64,000 bases of DNA from Deltaproteobacteria bacterium (lineage in GTDB: Bacteria; Myxococcota; Kuafuiibacteriia; Kuafuiibacteriales; Kuafuiibacteriaceae), in the NCBI GenBank assembly GCA_040218735.1, contig JAVJQW010000018.1:32001-96000 (forward strand), given 5' to 3'. Shown one piece after another: positions 34,924 to 43,885 of the stretch. The notes beneath the pieces were generated by a model. The model saw only the letters and a program-made list of their open reading frames with translations. It searched no databases and was not told the DNA's origin. Positions within the stretch are counted from its first letter, which is position 1, and each line of letters begins with the position of its first letter. The translations under genes were made by a program, and so were the position numbers.

Positions 34924-36503
34924 AGCTCGCCGCCCTCGCGCTCGCGGCGACGGTGATGCTCCCCGCCGCGGCCCGCTCAGAGACGCGCTTCGCGCTGCTC
35001 GTCGGGCACAACGTAGGGGACCTGCACGAGACGCCGCTGCGCTGGGCGGAGTCCGACGCCACGCGGATGCTCCGGGTCCTCAACGAGATCGGCAACGTGC
35101 GCGAAGACCGCGCCGAGCTCCTCCTCGCGCCGAAGAAGGAAGAGATCGAGCGCGCGCTCCTCAAGATGGAAGGGCGCATCGAAGAGGCGAAGAACCGCGG
35201 TGAGCACACCGTCGTGTTCTTCTACTTCTCCGGGCACGCCGACCGCGAGGAGCTCCACCTCGCGACGGAGAAGATCAACATCCAGCAGGTCGAGAAGATC
35301 CTCCAGGACGGCCCCGCGGACACTGTCGTCTCCGTGATCGACGCGTGCCAGAACGACCGCTCCCCGCGCGTGCGCAACAAGGGTGCGACGCGCGCGCCGT
35401 CGTTCAACTGGCCCACGGAGGGCGTCGCCTCGCCGGAGGGGTTCGTGCGCGTGCGCTCGGCGTCGGAGGGGGAGGTCGCGCAGGAGTCCGACGACCTGCA
35501 GGGCTCGCTCTTCACACACCACCTCCTCTCCGGGATGCGCGGTAGCGCTGACCTCGATCGCGACGGTGTCGTCACGCTGTCGGAGGTCTACCGCTACGGC
35601 TACAGCCGCACGCTCGCGGACAGCCACGGGCAGTCGACCGCGGTCCAGCACGGCAAGCTCGACATGAAGCTCGCGGGGCGCGGCGCGCTGGTGTTCACGT
35701 ACCCGCGGCGCGCGGTGTCGGCGCTGTCCTTCGAAGACATCCGTGGGCACCTCCTCGTCATCGACGACACGAGCGCACGCATCGTCGCCGAGACGCAGCT
35801 CAACGACGGCGGCACCCGCCTCGCGCTCGCGCCCGGTAAGTACCGCATCCAGGTCCGCGGTGAAGGGCGCGTCTACAGCGGCCTCGTCGCGCTGGGCACG
35901 GGAGAGAAGCGCGTCGCGATGCAGGACCTCTCCGAGCAGCCGGTGCTCGCGGTGCTCACGAAGGGCTCGAGCTACGATCCCTACCCGTACCTTCTGCACG
36001 TCGGCGCGCAGGTCGGCCGTTCGCAGGTCGCGGACTTCGCGATGGCGGGGGGCCTCCGCATCGGGTTCGCGTACCGGTTGAGCGACACGTTCCGCGCCGC
36101 GGCTTCGCTCGACGTCGGCTACGCGCAGACCTCGAACGAACTGTGGCAGTACCGCCAAGGGGAGGGTGCGTTCCTGCTCGGCGTCGACTGGACGGGGCGC
36201 GTCGGTCCGACCTTCATGCTCACGTTCGGTGTACGCGCGGGGGTCGCGTCCGTGATCCAGAGCGGCGAGCGGAGCGACACGGAACGCCTGCAGGCGGCCG
36301 GGTTCGCGTCGTCCACGACCACTTCGTCCCAACGTGCGCTCGGACCGAAGCTCGGTGCAGCGCTCGGCGCGGAGTATCACCCGTGGTCGCGCGTGGGGTG
36401 GCGACTCGCGGTGGAGCCCACCGCGGTGTGGATCGAAACGGCCGACGGTACGTCGTTGCGGCCGGGTGCGCAGGGCGTGCTCGCGTTGGTGGTGCGGCTA
36501 TGA
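34920..36503 (+). CDS. Exported caspase-family (peptidase C14) protein with beta-rich C-terminus
   Basis: GTG 34920 overlaps upstream stop; signal peptide, RFALLVG.N, FYFSGHA, IDACQ, ADLDRDG.VTL.E.Y.Y. Confidence 0.88.
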   Translation: MKLAALALAATVMLPAAARSETRFALLVGHNVGDLHETPLRWAESDATRMLRVLNEIGNVREDRAELLLAPKKEEIERALLKMEGRIEEAKNRGEHTVVFFYFSGHADREELHLATEKINIQQVEKILQDGPADTVVSVIDACQNDRSPRVRNKGATRAPSFNWPTEGVASPEGFVRVRSASEGEVAQESDDLQGSLFTHHLLSGMRGSADLDRDGVVTLSEVYRYGYSRTLADSHGQSTAVQHGKLDMKLAGRGALVFTYPRRAVSALSFEDIRGHLLVIDDTSARIVAETQLNDGGTRLALAPGKYRIQVRGEGRVYSGLVALGTGEKRVAMQDLSEQPVLAVLTKGSSYDPYPYLLHVGAQVGRSQVADFAMAGGLRIGFAYRLSDTFRAAASLDVGYAQTSNELWQYRQGEGAFLLGVDWTGRVGPTFMLTFGVRAGVASVIQSGERSDTERLQAAGFASSTTTSSQRALGPKLGAALGAEYHPWSRVGWRLAVEPTAVWIETADGTSLRPGAQGVLALVVRL

Positions 36504-37438
36504 GGCGGTGGTGGCTCGGCGTTTCGTTGCTCGCGGCGTGTGGGCCCGTGCGCGGCGGCGAAGATCTCGGCCCGCCGATTCACACGTTCTACGCGGACCT
36601 CCAGGGCGATGCGATACCGGAGGTCGAAGGTGAGCTGCGCGTCGTCTTCGGCTGGATGTCCTACGGCGACGGCCCTTGGGTGCAGTGCTTCGAGCGCACC
36701 GGACGTTTGCTGGAGTGTGGCTTCCCCGCGGCGTCGGACTACGAGACGAAGCTCGTTCTATTCAATGTCGCGGCGCAACCTCGCTTGCCGGGCGGTTTGG
36801 AGATCCCGTTCTACGACTTCCCGGAGCTCGACGATCTGATCGTCCACAACGACTCGGTGTTTGCGTTCGGTGGGCTCGCGCTCTACGACGATCGCAACGG
36901 CAACGGTGAGCTCGACCCGATCGAACCGAACGACGCCAATCCGGACATCGTCCTCGCCGAGTCCGTGATCACCGAGGTGAGCACCCTCGCGATCTTCCAC
37001 GAGGGCGCCGAGGAGCATGCGATCAAGGAGGGCATCTTCGATCGCGCGCTCGACTGCCCGGAGGCGCCGCAGGGGTACTCGGTCGGCAAGTACACCCGCG
37101 AGGGGGGCTGTGAGATCGGGCGCAACACGCCGCTGCTCATGACACGCTCGGATCCCGCGCAGCTCGGGCGCGCACGGTGCGGCGGGGCGATCGCCGGGCT
37201 GACCTTCGAGGGGGGCGCGAAGGAGCCGCCGCCGACGCTCCCGCCGAACGCGGTCGTCGAGTGCGGCGTGAACAACGCCATCGTGGTGTGGCTCGACAAC
37301 GGCGGGTACTGCGACCGGTACCGGCAGACCCGCTACACCCTGCAATCACCGCCGGCGACCCCGCCCGCGGACCGCTGGGACCTCATCGACGACCCGCCCG
37401 AGTACTGGCAGTGTAGAATCGTACGCGGGGGAGGTTGA
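36500..37438 (+). CDS. Cys-rich lipoprotein
   Basis: Lipobox LAAC after ATG 36500; DRNGNGELD Ca-binding-like loop. Confidence 0.7.
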   Translation: MRRWWLGVSLLAACGPVRGGEDLGPPIHTFYADLQGDAIPEVEGELRVVFGWMSYGDGPWVQCFERTGRLLECGFPAASDYETKLVLFNVAAQPRLPGGLEIPFYDFPELDDLIVHNDSVFAFGGLALYDDRNGNGELDPIEPNDANPDIVLAESVITEVSTLAIFHEGAEEHAIKEGIFDRALDCPEAPQGYSVGKYTREGGCEIGRNTPLLMTRSDPAQLGRARCGGAIAGLTFEGGAKEPPPTLPPNAVVECGVNNAIVVWLDNGGYCDRYRQTRYTLQSPPATPPADRWDLIDDPPEYWQCRIVRGGG

Positions 37439-37442
37439 CGGC

Positions 37443-37480
37443 TAACGCAGCGTGTCATAACAGAATGACACGCTGCGCCA
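37443..37480. promoter_or_regulatory. 13-bp perfect inverted repeat, probable operator
   Basis: cgcagcgtgtcat-aacaga-atgacacgctgcg (37446-37477), just after TTGACG at 37435; no U-tract. Confidence 0.6.
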
Positions 37481-37508
37481 AAGGGATGGTGCGGCCAGGA
37501 GAAGCACC

Positions 37509-38006
37509 ATGGCAAGCAAGGAAACCCGCGCCAAGGCCGCCCCGAAGGCGTCCAAGGCCAAGTCCACCACCACCTCCACCCGCAGCAAGAAGAAGCGCGC
37601 CGCGAAGAAACCCTCTGCGGCCGCCCGCCGCTCGAGCGCCAAGAGCTCGGGGGCGAAGCGCCCGGCCACCGCCGTCGGGCGTGTCGCGTCGGTCCTCCCC
37701 GGCGCCCTCCGCGACGCGAAGTACGTCAAGCGTACCCTCGAGATCCTCGACAGCCGTGAGCGCAAGCGCGAGCGGCTCGACCAGCAGACCAAGAAGCAAC
37801 TCGTCGGCGTCGTGAAGGACATCCAGACCGACGTCACCGACCGCATCGAAGCCGAGCGCGACGCCGTGAAGCGCCGCGTGGACGACACGGTCGAGAAGGC
37901 GAAGCAGACGAAGGTCGGCCAGCGGATCGACGAGGTCGAAGGCCGCGTCACGAAGGCCGTCGATCGCTGGCTCGCGCGCGTCGGCCTGCAGCGCAAGGCG
38001 GCCTAG
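37509..38006 (+). CDS. Basic Lys/Ala-rich protein with coiled coil (phasin-like or histone H1-like)
   Basis: KKKRAAKKPSAA N-terminus, amphipathic helices ending WLARVGL. Confidence 0.55.
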   Translation: MASKETRAKAAPKASKAKSTTTSTRSKKKRAAKKPSAAARRSSAKSSGAKRPATAVGRVASVLPGALRDAKYVKRTLEILDSRERKRERLDQQTKKQLVGVVKDIQTDVTDRIEAERDAVKRRVDDTVEKAKQTKVGQRIDEVEGRVTKAVDRWLARVGLQRKAA

Positions 38007-38159
38007 GCTGCGCGCAGCGGGCCGGCGTTATGGCCTGATCCCGCTCCCCCGGGGTCCCGAGTGACCCCATCGCGGTGCGCCCTGCCCAGCGGCCCTGGGC
38101 GGGGCGCGCTGCGAGACCATCGCCGCTCGCTCGGCACGACGCTTGCGACTCGTCGCCGC

Positions 38160-38489
38160 ATGGCGAGCATCGAAAACAGCTTCGCGAACATGACGGCGAA
38201 CGTGGCCGGAGGATTTTCGAATCAGATCCTCGGCCAGGCGAGCTACATCAACCGGCTCCAGCAGGGCGGCTCCGCCGCGGCGAGTGGCGGAACGAGCCCG
38301 GAGCAATTCGTCGCGCGGCTCAACGCCGACCCGATGCTCCAGCAGCGCGCCATCCAGGCGATGCAGAAGGACCCCCGGCTCATCGGCAAGGCGATCCGCG
38401 ACCTCTCGGCCCGCCCGCATCTCGCGCGGCAGCTCCCGCCCGCGATCAAGCGGTTCCTCACGCAGGCGATTCAGAGCGGAGGTTACTGA
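38160..38489 (+). CDS. Small hypothetical protein
   Basis: From ATG 38160; host-like codon bias; Gln/Ala-rich. Confidence 0.5.
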   Translation: MASIENSFANMTANVAGGFSNQILGQASYINRLQQGGSAAASGGTSPEQFVARLNADPMLQQRAIQAMQKDPRLIGKAIRDLSARPHLARQLPPAIKRFLTQAIQSGGY

Positions 38490-40282
38490 GCGCCTTCGTT
38501 CTGGATGTTCCGCATGAGGACGAGCAGCGTCGATGGGATCAGTTCGGGGTGCTCGCGAAGGACGCGGCGGATAACGAACTTCGCGAGGTCGCTCGGCTCG
38601 CGTGGGCGCAGTTCCCTCAGTCGAGGGAACTTGTCGAGGATGCGTTGGGCGAGGCCGTGCCCCGATGTCTCACGGAGCCAACGCGGGCACAGAATCACCA
38701 AGTCGGCGCGAACGTAGTCGATCTCGACGCGATCTGCGCGCTCGTCGTCCGGGCACAGGGCGTCGGATACGAAGTCCGCAATCCCTTGCAGGGCCTCCCG
38801 GTCCAAGTTTCCGAGGGATGAGAACTTCGTGTCACCGAGGTCGGATCGAGAGAAGGCCTCCTCGCGGATGCCCAACGCTCCGACCAGCAGAGGATCCAGG
38901 AGGACGTTCTCGATCGCGTAGGCGTTCCCACCGCCCACGACCTGGATTCCATCCGTACTCTCCGCTCGCCCATCGTGATCCACGATGCCGAAGACACGGT
39001 CGTTCCCTGCCTTGCGCAATTGCTTGACGAGGTTTCGAACCATCGCGCATCCACCGCCTTCGTCGCCTTGCTCGGCTCTGTTGGCGGGGTTGATTCGCTT
39101 TCGTCCCGCCGTAATGAAACTGAGCGCAATCTCCGGCTCGAGCTGATCTCGGAGCAGCTCGTAGACTCCGTCATAGATCTCTGCGTCAAAGGATGCTTCG
39201 ACGAACACCTGTCGGCGGTGTTCGTGGTCGACACGAAGCGATGGTACCCCGGACGTCAGGAGTCCGAGGGCATGGTCCTTCGTGACTTTCTGGAGACGCG
39301 GTATCTCGCCAGGCTTCATCGCAAATAGCGATTCATCCGGAGCGAGGGCAACCATGGACGGCGAATGGGTGGCGAGAATGACGGAGGTACCGCGGTCGAC
39401 GAGTGTCGCCTGCAGGTCGCGCACGAAAGCCCTCATGAGCTTGGGGTGGAGGGCGGAGTCGACCTCGTCCAGAAGCATGATGCGTGCAGCCGGGGGCGTG
39501 CCAATGGTCGAGCCTCCGTGCACGAACTGGTGCACGAGCAGCGAAAGTACCGCGCTCTCGCCTGAGGACAGGCCTCCGAACTCCACCTCGTGGCCCGCTT
39601 CGCGGTGTAGGAGACGCAGTCGAAGATCGCAGTCGACATCCTGGGGCGCCAACCCCTCACCCACCAACTCATAACCCAGCGGAGCGATTGCCTTGTTGAA
39701 TGAGGCTTCGACGGGTGCGCCATACTTCTCTCGATATTCGTCGTCGTCCAGAACCCGAGAGAGTGGCCGTTGGCCGTCGTACTTCAGATAGCGATTGCGG
39801 CGGTGGTACTCGGCTTCGAGCTGTTTCACTCGAATCGTGGAGGCGAGCTCGAGCGTGAAGGGGCGCCCACCGAATGATTTGTTCGAAAAGATGTGCGGGA
39901 GCGCGTGCCCTTTGATGTGGTCGTATCGGAGACTGCCGGGGTCCTCGATCTCGAGCGCATCCGCGATGCGTTGGAGAATGTCGGAATCTCCATGACGGCG
40001 CTCCGCCCAGATCCGCGCTGCGTCTTCGCCGAGGTTTCGAAGTCGGCCGTTGTAGTTGCGCGTGAGTAACTCGTGCTCGATCCAGGGATTGAGTGTCGTC
40101 ACGTAGGCCCGAGCGCTCTCCTCCATGGCGGGGATCGTCTCGATGGCGCCGTCCTTGATGCCCCAGAGCAGATGCGTTTTGCCCGTGGCGTTGAGTCCCG
40201 TGACGACGACGAAATCCGGAAGCTCGATCTCGGGAAAAGGTTCGAGCGAGCGAAAGCCTTCGTTCGAGCGAATCTTCAGCAT
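38483..40282 (-). CDS. ABC-type ATPase fused to TOPRIM-like domain (OLD-like)
   Basis: Walker A GLNATGKT, LSSGE, Walker B LLDEVDSALHP, ATHSP; TOPRIM VFVEASFD, GIVDHD, AIEN. Confidence 0.85.
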   Translation of the reverse strand: MLKIRSNEGFRSLEPFPEIELPDFVVVTGLNATGKTHLLWGIKDGAIETIPAMEESARAYVTTLNPWIEHELLTRNYNGRLRNLGEDAARIWAERRHGDSDILQRIADALEIEDPGSLRYDHIKGHALPHIFSNKSFGGRPFTLELASTIRVKQLEAEYHRRNRYLKYDGQRPLSRVLDDDEYREKYGAPVEASFNKAIAPLGYELVGEGLAPQDVDCDLRLRLLHREAGHEVEFGGLSSGESAVLSLLVHQFVHGGSTIGTPPAARIMLLDEVDSALHPKLMRAFVRDLQATLVDRGTSVILATHSPSMVALAPDESLFAMKPGEIPRLQKVTKDHALGLLTSGVPSLRVDHEHRRQVFVEASFDAEIYDGVYELLRDQLEPEIALSFITAGRKRINPANRAEQGDEGGGCAMVRNLVKQLRKAGNDRVFGIVDHDGRAESTDGIQVVGGGNAYAIENVLLDPLLVGALGIREEAFSRSDLGDTKFSSLGNLDREALQGIADFVSDALCPDDERADRVEIDYVRADLVILCPRWLRETSGHGLAQRILDKFPRLRELRPREPSDLAKFVIRRVLREHPELIPSTLLVLMRNIQNEGAQ

Positions 40283-40295
40283 CAGATCAACGTCG

Positions 40296-41378
40296 CTACT
40301 CGCCGTCGCGTTCGGCTTCGTCGATCCGACGCATCCCCTCGAGCAGCAGGTTCATCACGCCCTGCTGCACCTTGTCTTCCTTGGGGATCTCGAGCGGGTC
40401 GAACCAGAAGTCGCCGCGCTGCCAGGTGAGGAGCGCGTAGAGCGCCTCTTCGCCGAGGGTCGCGTCGAGCTTCACCGAGTAGATGCGCCCGTCCTTGTAA
40501 CCGACGATGCCCTGGCGGTTGTTGTAGTCGTCGACGTACAGCGTGCCCGAGCGTCCGGAGTCCGCGAGGACCTGCACGACGGTCACGAGGTTCATCACGT
40601 CGAGCTTGCCGGAGAACGGCTTCGCGCCTTCGCGCACGAAGCGGAAGTTCGACGCCACCAACCGCGACGCCATCAGCCGCGTGAAGCGCGCCGCCATGAA
40701 CGGGTTCTCGCGGAGGAGCAGATCGAAGTCGTTCTTGTCGACGACGTACAGCGACACGTCGCCGCGCGCCCGCACCGTGGCGGCGGTGGGGGTGCCGGTG
40801 AGGATCGACATCTCGCCGAAGCAGTCCTTCGCGCGTAGCCGCGTCAGCACCGACGCGACGTCGTGCTCCGCGAAGTCCATCACCTCCACCGTGCCTTCCG
40901 CGACCACGAAGAACGCGCGGCCCGGGTGCCCCTTCTGGAGGATGACGTCGCCGTCGCCGTAGCGCTCGACGCGCATCCGGTGCGCGAGCTCCGCGAGGAA
41001 CGTCGCCGGCAGTGCGCGGAATATCGGGATGCTCCTGAGGTGCGCGACGGCGCCGGGGATGTCGTCGATGACCTGGCCCGTGACGGGCCGCGGCTCGAAG
41101 CGCTCGGGGAGCTCCTCGACGTCGAACGTCACCGGGTTGTTCGCGCGCGGGCAGCGGAACTCACCGCGCTCCATCGGCGAGCCGAGGGTCTCGCAGTGGG
41201 TCGCGTCGCTCTCGGCGAGGAACTGCGCGACGGCGAGCGTGCAGATGTTCGTGGAGCTGCCCTTGTCGATGCCCGGGAGCTCGAGGACCATCTGGTCGCC
41301 CACTCTGAACAGCGGGCAGTCGACCTCTTCGGCCACCCGAAGCATCACGCGCCGCGAGGTCATCCGCGCGGGATTCAA
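40296..41378 (-). CDS. Cyclic-nucleotide-binding protein with DUF4388 C-terminal domain
   Basis: FGEMSIL...PTAATVRA cNMP motif; FSGKL....L..VVQ.L....RSGTL, LLTWQRGDFWF, LLLEGMRRIDE. Confidence 0.85.
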   Translation of the reverse strand: MNPARMTSRRVMLRVAEEVDCPLFRVGDQMVLELPGIDKGSSTNICTLAVAQFLAESDATHCETLGSPMERGEFRCPRANNPVTFDVEELPERFEPRPVTGQVIDDIPGAVAHLRSIPIFRALPATFLAELAHRMRVERYGDGDVILQKGHPGRAFFVVAEGTVEVMDFAEHDVASVLTRLRAKDCFGEMSILTGTPTAATVRARGDVSLYVVDKNDFDLLLRENPFMAARFTRLMASRLVASNFRFVREGAKPFSGKLDVMNLVTVVQVLADSGRSGTLYVDDYNNRQGIVGYKDGRIYSVKLDATLGEEALYALLTWQRGDFWFDPLEIPKEDKVQQGVMNLLLEGMRRIDEAERDGE

Positions 41379-41412
41379 CCACGCTTGGGTGCGTGCGTCA
41401 CGTTTCGCCCGG

Positions 41413-42093
41413 TCAGCGGTGCGCGACGACGAAGCGCTCGGCGAGGAGCGCCATCGTGAACGAGCGCCGGAGGTAGAAGCCGCGTGGCGCGGTCGCCACG
41501 GGGGCGCCCAGCTCGTCGATCCCCCGCGCCCGCGACGCGGCCGAGGCCCCCTTCGGACGGAGCTGGAGGTACTGGCCGCGGTGCGCGGTGATCGACCCGA
41601 CCCAGCCCTCCTCGATCAACTGCGCGAGCTCCTCGAAGTCCTCCGCGAGCACGGCCTCTTGCGCTTCGTTCGGGCTCCACAGCAACGGGCTCCCCACGCG
41701 GCGGTCGGGGAGGGGAATCGACTTGTCCGCTTCGACCGGCACCCACAACACGCGGCGTAGCTTCTTCCGCACCGTCGAGGTCGCCCACGTCGTGGCGCCG
41801 ATCTCTGCGAGCGCGACCTTGCAGACGAACGTCGACTCCCTGGGTTTGCCGGCGAGGTCGATCGGGAGTGTCTTCAGCTCGATGCCGAGGCGCGGGAAGT
41901 CTGGCTCGGGGCGGGTCCCCGCGCGGGCGCCCAGGGTGTCCTCGACCAGGTGGCCGACCCACCCCTTGTGCCGCGACAGGTCGGGGGGGACTTCGCGGTC
42001 GAGCCGCGCCGCCAGGAACGCGAGGGTGCGCCCCGCGATCGCGTCCGCGCGCGCGAGGAGCTGCGCCTCGGTCAGCGGCGGACGAACGTCCAC
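41413..42093 (-). CDS. mutH: DNA mismatch repair endonuclease MutH
   Basis: KGWVG.LVE..LGA.AG..PEPDF..LGIELKTLP, ESTFVC, KLRRVLWVPV, LQLRPK, PRGFYLR. Confidence 0.9.
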   Translation of the reverse strand: MDVRPPLTEAQLLARADAIAGRTLAFLAARLDREVPPDLSRHKGWVGHLVEDTLGARAGTRPEPDFPRLGIELKTLPIDLAGKPRESTFVCKVALAEIGATTWATSTVRKKLRRVLWVPVEADKSIPLPDRRVGSPLLWSPNEAQEAVLAEDFEELAQLIEEGWVGSITAHRGQYLQLRPKGASAASRARGIDELGAPVATAPRGFYLRRSFTMALLAERFVVAHR

Positions 42094-42494
42094 GTCGTCT
42101 CTCGATCGTCGCTGCTCACCGTCGCGATCAGCTTGTCGCCGCGGCGTCGGTACTCGATGCGTTTGGGGAAGTCGTGCTCGGGGTTCTCGAAGACTGCGAC
42201 GTTCTTCATCAGGTGGGTGAGCACGAACGCGGTGCGGGTCTGCTCGCTCGGCGTCGCGACGTAGGTGAGCACACCGTCGACGTCGACGATCTCGAGGGCT
42301 TCGGTGCTGACGACTTCGCCGCTTCGTTCGAAGACGCCGCTGCCGATCCAGCGACCGTCCTCGTGTCTCCAGGTCTCGGTCGTGGTTCGATCACCATCCA
42401 CGCTCACCCACTGGCCTTCGAGCCACGACAGATCGTGGGTCGTGCGGCACGCGGCGAGCAGGAAGAAGAGGATGGCGATCGAGCGGCGGATCAG
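42072..42494 (-). CDS. DUF6265-like lipoprotein, probable CTG start
   Basis: LAAC lipobox, DLSWLEGQW, FENPEHDFPKRIEY; AAGGAG 5 nt before CTG at 42494. Confidence 0.7.
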   Translation of the reverse strand: MIRRSIAILFFLLAACRTTHDLSWLEGQWVSVDGDRTTTETWRHEDGRWIGSGVFERSGEVVSTEALEIVDVDGVLTYVATPSEQTRTAFVLTHLMKNVAVFENPEHDFPKRIEYRRRGDKLIATVSSDDRETTWTFVRR

Positions 42495-43486
42495 CCGTGC
42501 TCCTTGGCGAACTTCTCGGCCTCCTCGACCTCGGCGGCCGGCCCGATGATCAGGCTGCACCGGTCGTGGAGTGTCTCCGGGACGATGTCGAGGATGCGCT
42601 GGTGGCCGGTCGACGCGGCGCCGCCCGCGGCCTCGGCGATGAAGCCGAGCGGGTTGCATTCGTAGAGGACGCGCAGCTTGCCGCGACCGGTGCGGGCGTC
42701 GGCGGGGTACATGAACACGCCGCCGTAGATGAGGTTGCGGTGGAAGTCGGCGACGAGCGAGCCGATGTGGCGCGACGACACGCGGCGCTTCTCGAGGTCG
42801 TTCCGGCTCTTCACCGAGTCGATGTACGGCTTCACCCACTTGGGCCAGTAGGGCTCGTTGCACTCGTTGATCGAGAGGACCTTGGTCTTCTCGGGCATCC
42901 GGATGTTCGGGCGCGTGAGGAAGTACTCGCCGGCGCCGGGGTCGAGCGTGAAAGCGTCGACGCTGGAGCCGTCCGTGTACACGAGCACCGTCGACGAGCC
43001 GTAGATGATGTAACCCGCGGCGATCTGCTCCTTGCCGGGGCGGAGGGTGTCGGTGCGAAGCACCTCGTCCGGGTTCTTGCGCTTGTAGATCGCGAAGATC
43101 GTCCCGATGGAGACGTTGGCGTCGATGTTCGACGAGCCGTCGAGCGGGTCGAAGCACACCACGTAGTCACCCGCGGAGTCGTGCGGGACCTCGATGATCT
43201 CGTGCTCCTCCTCCGACGCCATCACCGCGACGCAACCGGAGCGCGCGAGGATGTCGACGAGCTCGTCCTGCGCGATGCGGTCGAGCTTCTGCACCGTCTC
43301 GCCCTGGATGTTCGTGTCGCCGGTCGCGCCCCACAGCTCGATCAGTCCGGCGCGACGGACCTGCGCCTGGATGAGTTTTCCGGCGACGCCGATCTGCGTG
43401 AGCAGGCCCGTCAGCTGCCCGGTCGCGTCCGGGTGCTGGGTCTGCTTTCGCATGATGTGCTGCGTGAGAGTGAGTCGAGTGGTCAT
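42491..43486 (-). CDS. fbp: Fructose-1,6-bisphosphatase class 1
   Basis: QKLD, ASEE, FDPLDGSSNID, GSLVADFHRNL, GKLRVLYECNP; start ATG 43486. Confidence 0.96.
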   Translation of the reverse strand: MTTRLTLTQHIMRKQTQHPDATGQLTGLLTQIGVAGKLIQAQVRRAGLIELWGATGDTNIQGETVQKLDRIAQDELVDILARSGCVAVMASEEEHEIIEVPHDSAGDYVVCFDPLDGSSNIDANVSIGTIFAIYKRKNPDEVLRTDTLRPGKEQIAAGYIIYGSSTVLVYTDGSSVDAFTLDPGAGEYFLTRPNIRMPEKTKVLSINECNEPYWPKWVKPYIDSVKSRNDLEKRRVSSRHIGSLVADFHRNLIYGGVFMYPADARTGRGKLRVLYECNPLGFIAEAAGGAASTGHQRILDIVPETLHDRCSLIIGPAAEVEEAEKFAKEHG

Positions 43487-43506
43487 GATTCGGCGGGGCT
43501 CCTTGG

Positions 43507-43824
43507 TCAGACGCGTGTGGCGTCGATCTCTTCGGCGGTCTTCGTGTAGCGGTCGAGCCACTCTCCCCGCACGGTGCGTGCGCCGCGCAGCCAGTTCTGG
43601 CCGGCGACGAAGTCGGCGTGGAAGGTGATCTCGATGGTGGCGCTGGCGAGGTCCACGGTCGCGCGCTCGATCTTGTCCCAGCCCACGAGGATCTCGGCGC
43701 TCTCCGGGATGAGGAGCACGAGGCCGTCGGTGGTGCGGTAGCGGAAGAGCACGAGCGGCATGTACGGCTCGTTCACGTCGGTCAGTGGGACACCGTCGAG
43801 ATCGATCCGGGGGCGCCTCTCCAT
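43507..43824 (-). CDS. Hypothetical protein
   Basis: Host-like codon bias, directly upstream of fbp. Confidence 0.55.
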   Translation of the reverse strand: MERRPRIDLDGVPLTDVNEPYMPLVLFRYRTTDGLVLLIPESAEILVGWDKIERATVDLASATIEITFHADFVAGQNWLRGARTVRGEWLDRYTKTAEEIDATRV

Positions 43825-43885
43825 GCCCCGTCGCATACCGCACAAAACTTGAGGATCCTAGCCGGATGCCGGATCGTGCTCCGAC

